DNA from: an uncultured delta proteobacterium
Lineage (GTDB): Bacteria > Desulfobacterota > Desulfobacteria > Desulfobacterales > UBA2156
Reading direction: 5' to 3'
Assembly (NCBI GenBank): GCA_963736855.1
Contig: CAVTQK010000005.1
Coordinates: forward strand, 1 to 18,932
DNA: 18,932 bases
The notes under the pieces were generated by a model, which saw nothing but the letters and a program-made list of their open reading frames with translations, ran no database searches and was not told where the DNA came from. Positions 17,253 through 18,932 of the stretch are shown piece by piece; within the stretch, counting starts at the first letter, position 1, and each line of letters begins with the position of its first letter. Made by a program: the position numbers and the translations under genes.

Positions 17253-18932
17253 ATGAAACAGTTAAGTTTGATGATAGATCTGAATCGGTGTACCGGGTGC
17301 CGAACCTGCATTGTTGCATGCAGAAACTATCATGAGATCATCGATCATGCCACGGCCATGCCGAATGAAATACCCTATTACCTGAGAGTGGAAAGCCGCA
17401 GCCGGGGAACATATCCAGCTATTTCAGAGGACACATGGGTCGTTCCCTGTCAGCATTGCGGCGAGCCGAATTGCGCGGCCGCTTGCCCGGAGGGGGCAAT
17501 CCGCAAAGTCCTGAAACAGGGATCGTTCGCATCGATAAAGAGATTTGCAACGGGTGCAATGCACTCAAGGGACTCTGACGGCCCATAAACAACTTACTTC
17601 GCCCTGCAAGGTCGCCTGCCCGGCGCATATGAATGTCCAGGGATACATCGGTCTGGTTGCCAAGGGGAAATTTAAGGAAGCGCTGAAGGTCATGAAGGAG
17701 GATAATCCCCTGCCCGCTATATGCGGCAGAGTCTGCGACCATCCTTGCGAGTCAAAGTGCAATCGGGGCGAAATTGACGAGCCGGTCGCCATCAATGCGA
17801 TCAAAAGATTCGTGGCGGATCTGGATTTAAAAGAAGATACACGGTATGTGCCTGAAGTTAAAGATAAAAAAGAAGAGAAAATTGCAGTCGTCGGTTCGGG
17901 TCCAGCAGGTCTGAGCTGCGCCTATTTTCTTGCCCGTGAAGGGTATCCGGTCACTATATTTGAGAAAGCGCCTCTCTAGGAGGTATGCTGACCTTCGGCA
18001 TCCCATCGTACCGGCTTCCCAGAACCCTTATCGAAGCGGAAATCAAGGTCATCCAAGATATGGGGGTTGCCATGAAAACAGGCATGGAACTGGAGGGATA
18101 TCACCGTGGAGCAGTTGAGGCAGCAGGGTTTTAAAGCCTTTTTCATTGGAATCGGCGCGCAGGAATGCAAAAGCCTTGGCATAGAAGGCGAGGATCTGAG
18201 TGGTGTATATCCGGGCATTGACTTTCTCAACAGAATTAACCTTGGAGAATCGGTTTCCCTGGGAAAACGGGTGGCCGTGATTGGAGGAGGCAATGTAGCG
18301 CTGGATGCGGTGCGGACGGCCCGACGCCTCGGCGGGAAAGAGGCCTGTATCATCTACCGAAGAAGCTTTGATGAAATGCCGGCAAATGCGGGTGAAATCA
18401 AAGAAGGTCAGGATGAGGGCATTCCCATGCATACCCTGACCCAGCCGGTTCGATTCATCGGAAGAAATGGACGCGTGAGTAAAATAGAATGCATAAAGAT
18501 GCAGCTGGGAGCGCCGGATGAAAGCGGACGTAAAGTTCCTATGCCCGTTGCCGGTTCGGAGTTTACGATGGATGTGGATGCTGTCATCACCGCTTTGGGA
18601 CAGGAAACGGACTGGGCCTGCCTGACTCCGGAATGCGCCTGCCGGTTGACGGACTGGGGAACCATGACGTCGATCCGCTCACCTATCAAAGCGATGATCC
18701 GGATATTTTTGCAGGAGGAGATGCGGTGACCGGACCCCGGACGGTCATTGAAGCAATTGCCGCCGGAAAAGAAGCGGCTATATCTATTGACCGGCTTATT
18801 CGAGGGGCTAATCTCCGTGAAGGCCGGGGCAAAGAATGGGCTGTTGCAGCCGAGGTTCAAAAAGGAGAAATATCATCCTGCAAAGCGCACCCGGATGCCT
18901 GCTCTGAAACCTGAAGAGAGGGTGAACAACTT
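17253..18932 (+). CDS. Fusion of DmsB/NrfC-like 4Fe-4S dicluster domain and GltD/NfnB-like FAD/NADPH oxidoreductase (about 6 apparent frameshifts, truncated by window end)
   Basis: AGGAGG RBS. CTGCRTCIVAC, CQHCGEPNCAAACP, CNGC, then PCKVACP, CGRVCDHPCE, GSGPAG, GGMLTFGIPSYRLP, GGGNVALD...YRRS, FAGGDAVTGP and RMPALKPEERVNNF. Indels at about 17506, 17565, 17975, 18095, 18666 and 18860. Confidence 0.85.

Noticed and set aside
17576..17578. In-frame TGA after CNGCNALKGL as possible selenocysteine
   Set aside because: Read-through gives unrelated sequence and another stop. The GltD-like homology continues in a different frame, so a frameshift explains it.

Overview
Bacterial window, probably from a Desulfobacterales-like deltaproteobacterium (inferred from gene content and protein style). 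The left and centre hold mostly housekeeping genes: a DUF4388/cNMP-binding protein and a PfkB kinase on the + strand, then HIT, aat, clpA, clpS, secA, an M23 peptidase, folD and argC on the - strand, and a divergent NUDIX gene. secA is bracketed by two direct 153-bp copies of a hairpin-forming MITE-like element with 6-bp target duplications. After an internally deleted IS91-like transposase scar (about 13.3-13.6 kb) an accessory operon begins, and it is the most interesting part. It has a candidate sigma-54 promoter with upstream repeats, a divergent formate/nitrite-transporter (FNT) channel, an uncalled 50-aa single-TM protein, a cytoplasmic (no Tat signal) Cys-ligated DMSO-reductase-family Mo/W enzyme that lacks FDH and Nap/Nas signatures, and a DmsB-like ferredoxin fused to a GltD/NfnB-like NADPH flavoprotein that runs off the window. 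About 13 small frameshifts cluster at the two window ends and most likely are sequencing or assembly errors. All alignments are by eye; no database search was run.
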